A DNA stretch of 64,000 nt from assembly GCF_018350175.1 (NCBI RefSeq), contig NC_058368.1, positions 196,790,001-196,854,000 of the forward strand. The letters are read 5' to 3'. Position 1 is the first letter of the stretch, and every line of letters begins with the position of its first letter. The notes under the pieces are model-generated. The model saw only the letters and a program-made list of their open reading frames with translations. It was not told the origin of the DNA and ran no database searches. Of this stretch, positions 1 through 12,983 are shown piece by piece. A program made the translations under genes and the position numbers. Origin of the DNA: Felis catus (taxonomy: Eukaryota).

Positions 1-1410
1 ATACATGATTTGCAACTGTTTTCTCCCATTCTGTGGGCTTCCTTTCACTTTCTTGGTTGTATCCCTCGATGCATAAAGGATTTTTATTTTTATGAATCCC
101 AGTGTAACTGTGTTGTTTTTTTTTTTTTCTTTCCTCACTTGTGCTCCAGGTCATAAAGACTCACTCTTATGTTTTCTCCTTATAGTTTTAGATCCTCATA
201 TCCCAGACTTTTATAAATTTGAGTTTATTTTTCATGAGCTAAAGGTCCGACCTCATTCTTTGCATGTCAGATACCCAGTTGTCCCAGCACCCTTTGTTAA
301 CGAGATTATTCTTTTCCTCTTGAATGGGTTTAGCATCCTTGTTGAAAACCAGTTGTCAAAGATGTGTAGAATTATTTCTGGACTCTCCATTCTATTCCAC
401 TGACCTATATGTAAGACTGTTCTCATGCAATGCCACGCTATTTCGATTACTGTAGCTGCAGAGCACGCTTTGAACTCAGGAAGTGTGAGTGTTCACACTT
501 AGTTTCCTTGTTCAAGATTGTTTTGGCTCTTTGGGATTTCTTGCAATTCCCGATGAATTGCAAAATTGGCTTAAAATTTACCGTCTTAACCATTTCTTAA
601 CTATGATAACCATTTTGAACTGTACATTTCAGTGGCATTAAAAACTCCAGAACTCTGGGGTGCCTGGGTGGCGCAGTCCGACTTCAGCCAGGTCACGATC
701 TCGCAGTCCGTGAGTTCGAGCCCCGCGTCAGGCTCTGGGCTGATGGCTCAGAGCCTGGAGCCTGTTTCCGATTCTGTGTCTCCCTCTCTCTCTGCCCCTC
801 CCCCGTTCATGCTCTGTCTCTCTCTGTCCCAAAAAAAATAAATAAACGTTGAAAAAAAAAATTAAAAAAAAAAAAAACTCCAGAACTCTTTTCACCTTGT
901 TAAACCGAAGCTCTAGACCTATTAGACGGTAAGTCCCCATTCTCCCCTTCCCACAGCCCCTGGCGACGGCCATGCTACTCTCTATCTGTATGACTGGACT
1001 ACACTGAGTGACTTATGTAAGTGGAATCACACAGTATTTTTCTTTTATTAGTGACTGGCTCATTTCATTTAGTGTAATGTCCTCAAGGTTTATCCATGTT
1101 GTACCGCGCGTCAGAATTTTCTTCCTTTTTGAGGTCAGATAATGTTCCCTTGGATAGACGCACACCACATTTGCTTCTCCACTTACCTGCCAACGGACAC
1201 GTGTTGTTTCCGTGTTTTGTCTGCTATCAACTCAGAGATACAACTGTGTCTTCAGGAACTTGTCGACAATTCTTTGGGGGTGTATACGTAGAAGTGAGAT
1301 TGCTAGATCCCCTGATAATTCTATTTTTAATTCTTTAGGGATTTGCCATACTGTCTTCCACAGGGGCTATACCATTTTATATTCCCACCAACGGTGCACA
1401 GGGGTCTAAT
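1..1410 (-). mobile_element. Degraded L1 fragments (two pieces, about 1-560 and 570-1410), interrupted by a SINE
   Basis: Antisense L1 motifs such as ttctcccattctgtggg, gattactgtagc, gtaagtggaatcacacagtattt and aaggtttatccatgttgt. Confidence 0.7.
657..873 (+). mobile_element. Young Can-SINE (SINEC_Fc-like) with an 11-bp internal deletion
   Basis: tRNA-derived head, (CT)n linker and poly(A) tail; 16-bp target-site duplication (TSD) aaaactccagaactct at 641-656 and 874-889. Confidence 0.95.
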
Positions 1411-3825
1411 TTCTCTGCCTACAACTTTTTTTAACTTCACGTATGGCCATCTTTCCGTGTCTGTGGTATCGAGGACCGCCTAATCTTTTCACCACATTTT
1501 ACAGCTATTCTACAATTTGTTGCAATGATCTCTTAATGTCTCTCATAGTTATTTCGAATTTTTAACTATCATAAATAAGAATGCAGTGAGCTTCATTATA
1601 ATGTACATCTTTGTGCACTTATCCAATTATTTCCTTTGGATAAGTTCCCAGAAGTGGACTTCTTAGGTCGGAGGAGAGGCATACTTCTAAAGCTTTGATG
1701 ACTGTTGCCAAATTGTCCTCCAAAAGTATCAGACCAACACCCACTCTGAACAGCAGTGGAAAGGGTTTCTGCCTCAAACATGGTCCACATGATTTTCCGC
1801 CAGCGTAACTTCCAGAGGGAGAGTGTAAGGGCCCCTGGCATGCTCCTTACTGGGCAAAAACCTTGACGAAAATAGGAACAGTCCCATTCATTCAATAGAG
1901 AGATCCTCCTCTTAGATGCGGAAGGGGCCCGCCGAAGGGGCCAGCCAAACTGTCATTATAAAGATACTTTGTTTGGGTCTCCTCGATGCTGGCTTGTCTG
2001 TTGTCTGTTTCTTCCTCTAGGCTAGAAGCTACATGCAGCCAGGGACGGTGTCTGTCTTGTTCACGTGAATGCCAATGTCTTGTAAAGCACCTGGGACAGG
2101 GAAGATCTCAGAAAATGTTAGTTCTCAGTAGGATGGGGGACAAGACAATTGACCACAAGCTGGAACTCTGTGAGAGTAGGGATGGCTTCTGTCACCACCT
2201 CTGCGTCGCCAATGCTCGCAGAGTCTCTGGCACATAGTGACTGCTCTGTATTTGTTGACTGAATAAATGAAAGTGCCCGGCTCTAGAGTGTCTTTGGCAG
2301 TTAGCAGATCTGAAGACTCCTAGTTCGGTGCTCTTTCTTCTGCCTGCTGTACTCTCTTACTTAAATTATTCAAATGTCTGCACTCAGTTTCCGTCTTTAT
2401 GGTCCCTTGGTCTCTGTGCCCAAGGTCTCTGTGCCCGTAACAGCCACACTGCTGCGGCCAAATAGACAAGCGTGGGACATCACCTGTCGGCAGCTCTGAA
2501 GTTCCATCCGACACTCTCAAACAATTTTCCAGTGGTGAGGACCAGGAAGGGAATTTCCCCGTGCATGCCCAGCTCTGGTCCATCTGTGTCCCCTTCGCTT
2601 GGATGCTGTTCTGTAGGCTGGAGTCAGCATGAGAGCTATTTTTGACTAAGTGGCTACCTAATCTTACATAACCCTCAGCGATTCAGGCCAAGGTCATTCG
2701 GCTTAGTGCGTGAAAGGCACTTCAGAGACAGCGACCCCCCTTCCCCAGAGCCCCTCTGGGAGACCCAAAGCTTGGAGAGTAGTGCCATGATGGTGACTCC
2801 AGGCCCCTAATACAATGCCCAGCGAGGACCTTCTGAACACAGCTCAACCTCTGTACCATTTCCTGGGGGAATTCCCCGAATACCGCGTTCCGATATCCCT
2901 GGCACTTGGGTGGGATTACAAAGCCAGGAAGCAGGGTACTGGGAAGCCCTCACCACCACCCCAGACACACACCCAGACCCTCCCTTCATGTGCAGGTGCA
3001 GAAGCTGAAGATACTTAAGAGGACCCACGGATAGATAGGCGAGATCTTTGTCCCTCCTGGTGGGGAAGTGATAAGCCCACATTTCAATTTCAGCTTTGTT
3101 TTATTGGAAAAGAGATAGAATGGCATTCAGGATCCTCTGGAATTGAATCCCAAATGCTTTTCTTATCTCATCGGCAAGCCCATAGCCAAAAGCCCGACAC
3201 GTGATAGATACGCACTCAGTGCTTAGTGAATGGAGTTCACTGCCTGCCCCCTCAGACTTCCTGCCACACCCAGCTGCCTGCCAGTTGCTGGTGAACCCTG
3301 TACCTTTGCATATGCCCCAAGACCTCAAGTGCCTCAAACCACCTCTCAAGATCCCCATAAACAGGAGGTGCTGTTCTTAGGTCTATATTTTCCTGACACA
3401 CTGCTTACACTTCTGTGCTGAGCTTCCTAAGGCATAAGTGATATGCACTCTTTTGTTTTGCTGTTTTTTGTTTTGCTGCCAGACTGGGAGCTCCTGGAGG
3501 ACAGGCCGGGCCCTTCCTCGGCACTGCATTTCCAGCACGTGTTGTGGCCTGGCACTTACTGGACCCCTGTTGATGCCGATGAGTTGGATGGATGGGTGAC
3601 CGGAGACACAAATGAGGTCGGCAGTTCACACAATCATTTGTGTTTCAAATCCAGCGAGGGCTAGCTGAAGGGGAGAGGCAGGGAGAGGCAGGGAAGGTTG
3701 AGTTGATGAGTCAACATGCTGAACACTCAGGGAGTCCGTCTAACTCTTCTCTCTTAAAATTATTTTAATCTCACAAAGAATTGGTGTTCATTGTAGAAAA
3801 CACAGCCCGGCTGCAAGTAAAGCAC

Positions 3826-4049
3826 TTTTTTAATTAAAAAAATTTTTTTTAATGTTTATTTTTGAGAGAGAGAGAGAATCAGAGCGCGAGCAGGGGACCG
3901 GCAGAGAGAGAGGGAGACATAGAATGTGAAGCAGGCTCCAGGCTCTGAGCTGTCAGCACAGAGCCCGACACGGGGCTCGAACCCACGAGCCGCGAGATCA
4001 TGACCTGAGGCAAAGTCGGACGCGTAACCAACGGAGCCACCTAGGTGCT
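3826..4049 (-). mobile_element. Can-SINE, older copy
   Basis: Antisense T-rich tail, (GA)n linker and diverged head. Confidence 0.88.
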
Positions 4050-6294
4050 GTGAGAAAATCACTTTTAACACTTCAGAATACCTTGTTGGACTTCTTTCTC
4101 CTGTTGACCAACCCCCTGCCCCATCATTTTTACAGAAATGGAACATCACTCTGCTTCCTGTTTTGTTATCTATTTCCTTTAATGCTAAGTAGAGGATAAC
4201 TGAGATTATCGGCCAGTTCCCTTCTTCCCTGTTTAATTCTGGAACTCTCATGTTAGGTTAAGGACACCCCTCCCTTGGTCTTAGTTGACTGGTTCAGTGG
4301 CAGGTCTTGACCTCAACTGGGTCACCCACAGTGCCGACCTGCCCTGCCCACAACTGACTGGTTCTGGTTTGGGTCCTTGACCACAGGTGGCCAATATATA
4401 TATTCCTTGCTTAAAAGTTTTTGGATTTGGGTGCAGTCTTTCCTGTGCCTAAACCTTGTTTCCTCACTATCTGGTCTGCAGTGAGAAAGGGAGACTGGAC
4501 ATGGGGAGAGGCAAAGATAGCAGATAGGAAATCTTGGAGCTGTCTGAATCCCACATTCCAGTCGTCTTTAAGGTCTGGTCCCACCATGGCCCTTCCTGAA
4601 CCTTGGTTGTCCGAGTCTCCTTTAGATTCCCCAAGCCAGTAAGTCCTCCCTTTGCTTTTTCCATTTTGAAATGGATTTCTGTCTCTTGCCACCGATCGGC
4701 CCTTGACACACACACACGTCGTGGACATAATTCCACGTAAGTAACGTACACATACAACATCATTTGTCATGGTGGCAGAGAGCTGTCGGAATTTTTACTT
4801 GTAACCAATCTCCTGCTGTTGGCCATCTAGATTATTCCCATGTGTTTCACTGTGATGAGCAACACTGTAGTAGACATCCTCATGATTTCGTCTCTGTTCC
4901 ACGCATTGCTTCATTACAAAGAACTCCTAGAGGTGAGATCGCTACAGCAAAGGGAATTCGAATTCTTAAGGCTTTGTGACACAGCTTTTTACTGCCTTCA
5001 TGCTCGGTGACCATTGCCTCTTCCAGCGTCACCATCTACACTGCTGTTGGACGCCTTCATGGTTTTCATTGTTTCAGATTGCGTTGGCCCCAGTGAGTTT
5101 GACCTTCAACGGTTTTGGCAAGGGGACGGGTCCAGGTTTGGGCTCCAATCCACTTATAAACTGTGTCCAAGATTTCTATTGAAAACAGTAGATGTGGGGT
5201 CAGTCACGGTCACAAGCACTTTCAGAGGATTTTGTAAACACAAAGACAACACGGGGGACACGGGGCCTCATTGGGCCTAGGGGTATAAATGAAGGATGCC
5301 CAGCTTCATGGTCACTGGCTGGGTCTTGAGGTTTATCCCAGAAGGCAAGGGAAGAACATAGCTGTGAGAACGTGTCTGACACCTCCTGCCAGGGAGCAGG
5401 TCACGGTCTTTGATCTGGGAGGTTGGGGGACAAATCAGCCAACCGTCCCCGTGCTGAGCACTGAGCCCAGTTCCCAGGTACAGGGGACGAGGCACAGTCC
5501 CCACCACCCTGGAGCTCCCAGTCCGGTGGCAACAGCAGGACACTGAATGAGACCTACCATGAAGGGCAGTGCGGGTCACATCCGGCCGTACTGGATGCCT
5601 TGGGTGAACAGGTCGGGGGTTCATCCTGTTCAGACAATGGGGGAGCCTTCCTGACAAAAATGGACGAAACGGAGACTCGAAGGCTATGCAGTGCTAAGCC
5701 CAATGAAGGGTGAACGAGAGTGACCAAGTTCCCAGGCAGAGGAAGCAGATGGCACCAAGGCCTGGAACTAGGAAAGAACGGAGAGCATTCAGCAGAAGGG
5801 AAGAAAGTCCCTTGTGTCTGGAACATGGGAGAATCTGGTAAAAAGAGTGAAAGCTGAGGCTGCAGGAATGAGAGGCCTCTTGCTGGCGAGCCCTAGTGGC
5901 CCACGCCAAGAGCTCCATCCCGAGGGCAACGGGGAGCTTTGGAAGTTCCAGGAAGGGAAGGGTGTGACCCCTGTTCTTCAGGGAGGCAGGGAGAGACTGA
6001 ATCAAAAGGGTAACAGGGCCCATGCTTCTGCACCTGTGGCCTGTCCCAGGGGCCCGGGGCTCTCTGAAAGTTCCTCTGTCCATGACACTTGGGTCTTAGA
6101 CCTCTGAACTCAGTCCCCCTGGAGGTCAGCCCAGGTTCCTATCCCAGGGCTTGCTCTTATAACAGATAAATACGGCGCGTTCATGTAGCAACACACACAT
6201 GAATAGAACTCTACTTTCTACATAAAGAAACATCCCCCCCACCCAACCCCACCTCGCCTCCCATACAGATAAGACTTTGAGGGGAATAAAAGGC

Positions 6295-6467
6295 ACAGAA
6301 TTGGGAACATAGTGATATTGTAACAGCGTTGCACGGTGACAGATGGTAGCTGTGCTTGTGGGGAGCGTGGGGAGCGTAGCATAACATATAGAGAAGTTAA
6401 ATTACTACGTTGTACATCGGAAACTAATGTAACGGTATGTGTCAACTCTACTCAAATAAAAAAAAAA
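6295..6467 (+). mobile_element. Carnivore L1 3' end, 5'-truncated
   Basis: ggtgacagatggtagct...gttgtacatcggaaactaatgtaac...gtcaactctactcaaataaa followed by poly(A). Confidence 0.7.
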
Positions 6468-7592
6468 TGAAAGGATTTTTGTCATGAAGCGGAATAAGAG
6501 AAGGAAACTGAACGTGCTTTGTACAAGGGCCTTCTCCAAAGCAGCAGAAGTCTTTTCTTTTTCCAAATGAAATCTCAACCGCACATCCGTATATCCATCT
6601 GTTCCTGTGATGTCGCCTTTGGGAAGCATCTCAAATCTCCCATGTCCAGAACCAAGCCCCGGAGCCTGCCGTTCTCTGCACACCTGCTCCTTCCCCACCT
6701 TCTCCACCTTTAGTCTGATGCCTCCTGCCACCCAGGTGCTCGTGCTAGAAGCTGGAGGGTCAGCCTTGCTGCCCCCACACACGTGCTCCCAGGTCACCAC
6801 TCCCCCACTATCACCGGGCCCGTGGCCTCTTCTCCAGGGTGGGTGTCCGCCCTGATCTCAGGCCTCCAGCGCCCCTGCCGCCCCTCCAGACCAACCATCA
6901 CTCACCTGGATCCTGCTGTGATAGCCCTACCTCATCTCCCGCAGACCATACCTGCCCCTTTCCAAGTTCAATGCTCACATACTGGCCAGCGTGGAACATA
7001 CTTGCAGGGTTACACGCAAATCATAAGTGTTAGGCTTGATGAACCGAACCCACCTGTGTAACCAGCACCTAGCTCAAAAAGCAGGGCACCACTGGCGTCC
7101 TGGAAGCCCCTGGATGCCCCCTCCCTATCACCCGCATTGCTCCTCCGGGATCACCGCTCTACTGACTTCTAGCACCCTGGATTAGCTTTGCCTGCTTTGG
7201 AACTTAATATACATGGGTTAATACCATAGGTACCATTTTATATCTGCCTTAATTCACCCGTCACTGCTTTTGTCAGACGCATCCATATCATTACCTATGA
7301 TTCTAATGTGTTCATTTTCATTGCTGTATAGTATTCCGTTGTCTGGCTATATCAGTATTTATTCAGCCAAGTACTGAGAGGCATTTCAGTGGTTTACAAT
7401 TTGCAGCTATTCCAAAGAGTGTGCCTGTCAATATTTTTGTCTTTGGCGTCTTTTTGTCTAAGCACGCATTTCTGTGGGTACCCACCTAGGAGTAGAATTA
7501 CTTCATCACAGAGTATGCATAGGTCTACAGGGAGATATTTTCAAAGCACGGTCATATGTAGCCTTTCCTTGCTTCGACCTTCCATGGCTTCT

Positions 7593-7827
7593 TTTTTTTT
7601 TTTTTTTTTTTTTAATTTTTTTTTCAACGTTTATTTATTTTTGGGACAGAGAGAGACAGAGCATGAACGGGGGAGGGGCAGAGAGAGAGGGAGACACAGA
7701 ATCGGAAACAGGCTCCAGGCTCCGAGCCATCAGCCCAGAGCCCGACGCGGGGCTCGAACCCACGGACCGTGAGATCGTGACCTGGCTGAAGTCGGACGCT
7801 TAACCGACTGCGCCACCCAGGCGCCCC
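7593..7827 (-). mobile_element. Young Can-SINE
   Basis: Intact copy; TSD accttccatggcttct at 7577-7592 and 7829-7844. Confidence 0.95.
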
Positions 7828-9316
7828 AACCTTCCATGGCTTCTGAATGCTTTTAGAGTTATATCCAAACTTTTAATCTCAACCCAGGTAGGCCTTGCAT
7901 GTTCTGGCATCCCCTGACCTCTCCCCCTCTACCTCAAACCTTGCACAGACCTTCCATTCCATTCTTGGAGCCCGCCAAAGAGCCAACCCACTTGTTACGG
8001 TGCAGTTTCCTATTGGCCAGCTCTTACTTGCTCTTTATGTCTCGGGGCAAGTAGAATTTTCTCAGGAAGTCCTCTCCTGATCCTTCCGTTAAAAAGAGCA
8101 ATTACCGTATTGTCTCTCCCTGCAAAGCTTATAATTGCAGGGACCCATAATTTGAAGTCGTCTAGTTCGTGACCACCTCACCCCGTAGCCTGTCAGCAAG
8201 AGACTGACACTGTCGTGTTCACTGCTGGATTCCCCAGTGCCTACCCCTAGGCAGGAACAGAGTAGATGCTCAATTCAATATCGATGTGGTATAGAGAGGG
8301 GATAAGAGGAGAAGGAGGACCTTGAAGTCACAGAGAAACCAGGGAGCAAATCTTGGCTCCGTTACTCACTATCCTTGTGCCTTTAGGCAAGTTACCTAAG
8401 TTCTCCGGGCCTCAGTTTCCTCCTCTGCGAGACAGGGATAATCCCGCGGGCCTCTCAGACAGCTTCGAAGGACAGGGTAACAGTACACGTATACACATTG
8501 CCTAACGCATTGTCAGGTACATGGCGATTGCTCATTAAGCAGTGGCTTTCCACGGATCAGCTCACTGAGTCTCAGCGTAACCCCAGAGGCAGGCACTGTT
8601 CTAAATCCTCAGGATATTAAACTCAGGCCTAGGGAGGTTGAACATTTAGCCCAATAATTCTGGCTCCAGATCCTAGGCCCTCTGCCACAGCAGTATCAGG
8701 GTAGCGTGCGAAAAATCAGTGACAAGAGAGGAAGGAGCAGGGGCGCGAGCCCCCAGCAGCGCAAGCCGGCTCGGTCCCACCCCTGACGTCCATTCATCCC
8801 CTCGAAATCCGAAGGTCAGGAGTGCAGTACAAAAACCACTGGGTTATGGAAACATCTGTGGTTATTAATAACTATGAAGGAAAAAAATAGAAAGATCTGA
8901 TTACAGGAAAAATGTTAACTTCTGTAGAACAAAAGACATCACAAATGAGGTCAAAATGTGGGAGAAAATATTTAAACTTCGGAAAGCAAAGGCTTACCAT
9001 CCCCGGCGTGAACATGTTTCTGCAGATGAACTGGAAAAATACAAACGACCCAGTGGGAAAATGGGCAAAAGCTGTGAACACTGTACAGAAGAAGAAATTA
9101 AAATGGGCAGCATACATATGTATAAGCAGGGAAGTGAAAATTAAATAATGAACCCCCACGTATCTCCTCATATTGGCAAACATGAAAAATATTGATAACA
9201 TTCACGCTTCTGAAGGCATCAGAAAACCAACACTGCTACACCCGGCTGTAAAAAATTACAGGCTTTTAGGAAAAACTCTCAAAAATGGTATCACAAAAAA
9301 AAAAAAAAAAATGCGT

Positions 9317-9420
9317 GGGATGCCTGGCTGGCCCCGTGGGTGGGGCATGCAACTCTTGATCTCAAGGTCATGAGTTCAAGCCCAACGTTGGGCGTGGAGC
9401 CTACTTAAAAAAAAAAAAAA
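9317..9420 (+). mobile_element. Short tRNA-derived carnivore SINE
   Basis: Diverged A/B-box head (gagttcaagccc) followed directly by poly(A), with no CT linker. Confidence 0.75.
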
Positions 9421-10071
9421 GTGGGACCATCTTCAGAAATGAAAACAATAACACAGAGTGAAAGAGACACAAGAATAGGCATCACAACATTTTTGTAACA
9501 ACAAGAATTTAGAAAGGCCCCCCCCCCCCCGATTGTATCAATACAGTTGCATAGTATGTAGCTCTTAAAACAAATGAGGTAGATTTCTGTGTGCCAACTT
9601 AAAATTCTCTCTAAAATGTATGAAGCAGGTGATGGTAAAGAATAATGTCTAATTTCATGGAAAGCAGAAGAAACATATCCAAATCACCCCGAACACAGGG
9701 TTAAGCAAAGAAAAAGTAGGAGAATCAAATTTCTAATTACAGTGTGTCAAAGGAGCAGGACCGGAGGGCGTTAGTTTTGCTTCAGATACATCTTGAAGTT
9801 TGCGTTGTTGCAATGAACATGCATTTTATTAAACATTAATTAATAAGCCCTGCTCATTAATAATGACTCAATAAATGTTGCCTGCCTGCCTACTCTCATA
9901 AAACCTTTTCTGCATTAACACTTACCTTGCTTCAGTTCCTACAAATAAGCTGCTGGTTGGAGAAAGGTGTTAATTGCCTTTGGAACAGCTTCCTCTGATT
10001 AACCTCTTGACTAGCTCTGCTCCTCAGCCTTTCCCAGGAAGAAATCTGATGCGATTCTAAAATGGAATATA

Positions 10072-10290
10072 GGGGCGCCTGGGTGGCGCAGTCGGTTAAG
10101 CGTCCGACTTCAGCCAGGTCACGATCTCGCAGTCCGTGAGTTCGAGCCCCGCGTCAGGCTCTGGGCTGATGGCTCGGAGCCTGGAGCCTGTTTCCGATTC
10201 TGTGTCTCCCTCTCTCTCTGCCCCTCCCCCGTTCATGCTCTGTCTCTCTCTGTCCCAAAAATAAATAAAAAAACTTTAAAAATAAATAAA
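10072..10290 (+). mobile_element. Young Can-SINE
   Basis: Intact head, linker and tail; near-TSD aaaatg(g/a)aatata. Confidence 0.95.
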
Positions 10291-11293
10291 TAAAATGAAA
10301 TATATGTTCTGAATACGCAATACACGCACATGATAAAAAAAAAAAATCAAAACGAACGAGAGTGTATTAGTGAAAGGTGACCCTCATTCTGTCTCCAGTA
10401 TCCTGATTACCCAGCTTTACACCAGTTTCCTGTGTATCCTTCCAGAGATATTCTAGGCATATACTAGCACATGCACGTATAAATTCTATTTGTTAAAGCA
10501 AATGCTCCATATCGTGTCTATATACACACACAAGTATGTTCATACGGAAGATGCCTTTCGATCTCTTCTAGTTGGAACCTGATTAGTTCCAAGGGTGCAT
10601 TTCTCTCCTTCTTGAAAAACCAAATTTTCCCAACTGAGGCAGTCCATCCATCCACTCCACTTACATTGTCTAACAAGTATTTTGTCTGCACTCACTCTGT
10701 GCCAGGCGCTAGGCTAGAAGCTGGAGAGAAAGCAGAGGAAAGGCAAGGTCCTTGCTCTCACCCAGCTGACCCTCTGGTGGGGAAGAAAGAAATTAGGTAG
10801 AAGAAAACAAATAATTAAAGAAAACTAACAAAGTTCAGGTAATGGAACGTGCCTTGAAGACACTCATTCTCAGGAGAGGGGACGAGGGAGGAGAGGGTGG
10901 AAAGAAGTGGGGACATGGGGAGGGAGCCTATGTTAGATGGAGTGGCCAACGAAGCTGTCCCTCAGGAGGTGACATTTAAGCTAAGAACCGAATGACAAGT
11001 AGGAGCAAATGTTGCTGGTTTCCTTGCTCTGATGATGTTCCAACGAGAGATTCCACGGGCAGAGTTTTAACCTGATCCAAGTGGTGAAAAGGGCGGGCTC
11101 TGAAGTCCTGGAGACATACGCTTGAAACCCAGCTCTGCTGAGTGAACCTTGGGCCAATCGTTTAAGCTCTATGCTGCCTCAGTTTGTTCCCCCTGTAATA
11201 GGTAGGAGGAACTTTATGAGGTTGTATAAAAAGAGTGCCAGCCTCTTTCCCCTTGCCCCTCTTCCCTGCTCGTGCTCTGTCTCTCTCTCTTTC

Positions 11294-11385
11294 AGGAGGA
11301 GGAGGAGGAGGAGGAGAAGAAGAAGAAGAAGAAGAAGAAGAAGAAAGAAGAAGAAGAAGAAAAAAAAGAAAAGAAAGAAAGAGGA
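11294..11385 (+). repeat. Compound (GGA)n(GAA)n purine microsatellite
   Basis: About 90 bp of uninterrupted purines, read directly. Confidence 0.95.
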
Positions 11386-11439
11386 ACATACACTCTATAA
11401 AGGAAAATACTGATAAAAATTTTCCTCAAAATTAGAAAG

Positions 11440-11640
11440 GAAATTAAGAGGTACAAACTTCTAGTTATAAACTAAATAACCCACGAGGGTGAAAAGTACA
11501 GCATAGGGAATATAGTCAGTAATATTGTAATATTGTTGTATGTTGACGGGTGGTGAGTATCGAATTGTCGAATTGTCAAATCACTCTGTTGCACACCTAA
11601 AACTAATATAGCACTGTATCTCAACTCTCCTTCAATCGCA
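11440..11640 (+). mobile_element. Carnivore L1 3' end fragment
   Basis: aagaggtacaaacttctagttataa...agtacagcatagggaatatagtca...aaactaatata. Confidence 0.7.
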
Positions 11641-11641
11641 A

Positions 11642-11855
11642 TTTTTTATTTTATTTTTTCAATGTCTATTTATTTATTTTGAGAGAGAGAGAGAGAGAGA
11701 GAGAGAGGCAGAGAGAGAGGGAGAGAGAATCCCAAGCAGGCCCTGGACTGCCAATGCAGAGCCTGACCCAGGACTCGATCTCACATAACTCAAGAGCGTG
11801 ACCCAAGCCTAAATCAAGAGTCGTCGCTCAAACAACAGAGCCACACAGTTGCCCC
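11642..11855 (-). mobile_element. Can-SINE, older copy
   Basis: Antisense tail, (GA)n linker and diverged head. Confidence 0.85.
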
Positions 11856-11889
11856 CACCCCATTTTTTTGTTGGCGTTTTCTTCATTAG

Positions 11890-12261
11890 AGAGAGGTTTG
11901 TTCTGTGAAAGACTGTTAAGAGAACGAACAGCCATTCTGGGGGCAATATTTGCAAATCACGTATCCGACAACAGCCCTATATTCAGAATGGACAGAGAAC
12001 TTCCAAAACTCAGCAGCAAGAAAACAACCCGATTAGGAAATGGACCAAAGAGGGGCGCCTGGGTGGCGCAGTCGGTGAAGCGTCCGACTTCAGCCAGGTC
12101 ACGATCTCACGGTCCGTGGGTTCGAGCCCCGCGTCGGGCTCTGGGCTGATGGCTCAGAGCCTGGAGCCTGTTTCCGATTCTGTGTCTCCCTCTCTCTCTG
12201 CCCCTTGCCCGTTCATGCTCTGTCTCTCTCTGTCCCAAAAATAAATAAACGTTGAAAAAAA

Positions 12262-12295
<34 letters not shown>

Positions 12296-12750
12296 AAATG
12301 GACCAAAGACTTGACCAGACACTTCACCAAAGAGAATGCATGGTGGCAGACAAGCACATGAAAAGATATGCAACCACATTAGCTATTAGAGAAATATGAA
12401 ATAAAAGCATGCTGAGACACGCTCATTAGGCTGGTTCCCAAAACCGTGGCAATCCCAAGTGCTACCAAGATGGGAGAAAGCAGTCCTCACACACTGCTGG
12501 CCGGAGTGCAGTGTGGTGCGGGCCCTCTGGAACACAGTGTGGCATCTTCTTACAGAGTTTAGCCTACACTTCATATCTGACTTCACCCCATTCTTAGGTG
12601 GTTTCCCTAGAGGAATGAAAGCTGACGGTCGTACGAAACCTGTACGCAAATGTGCGTAGCAGCTCTGTTCACAATCGCCAAAAACTAGAAGCTACCAGAC
12701 GTCCTTCAAGGGATGAAAAGATAAACTGTGGCAAGTCCATTCAATTAGAA
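11890..12750 (+). mobile_element. Old L1 ORF2/3' remnant, interrupted by a SINE
   Basis: Residual ORF2-like peptide (IFANHVSD...ELPKLSSKKT) and motifs such as agacacttcaccaaagag and gctctgttcacaatcgccaaaaactagaa. Confidence 0.75.
12052..12294 (+). mobile_element. Young Can-SINE with a long poly(A) tail
   Basis: Perfect 15-bp TSD gaaatggaccaaaga at 12037-12051 and 12295-12309. Confidence 0.95.
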
Positions 12751-12759
12751 AGCTGCATA

Positions 12760-12983
12760 GGGGCGCCTGGGTGGCTCGGTCGATTAAGCATCTGACTTCG
12801 GCTCAGGTCATGATCTCACGGCTCGTGAGTTCGAGCCCCGTGTCGGGCTCTGGGCTGACAGCTCGGAGCCTGGAGCCTGCTTCGCATTCTGTGTCTCCCT
12901 CTCTCTCTGCCCCTCCCCCACCCACGCTCGCGCTCTCTCTCTCTCTCTCTCTGTCAAAAATAAACAAATATTAAAAAAAAAAA
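12760..12983 (+). mobile_element. Can-SINE
   Basis: Full head, CT linker and A tail. Confidence 0.92.

Noticed and set aside
7389..7803. Recurring ORFs with FFFNVYLFLGQRETEHERGRGRERGRHRIG / STFIYFWDRERQSMNGGG peptides (also near 728, 12107, 16226, 31982, 37956 and 61061)
   Set aside because: They look like a repeated protein family but are simply antisense translations of Can-SINE copies.
9317..9420. tRNA-like sequence; it also contains a TCAAGGTCA motif
   Set aside because: It has a poly(A) tail and degenerate stems, so it is a SINE rather than a tRNA gene. The motif is part of the repeat.
11162..11435. Poly-Arg/Lys, poly-Glu and poly-Ser ORFs
   Set aside because: These are translations of the (GGA)/(GAA) microsatellite.
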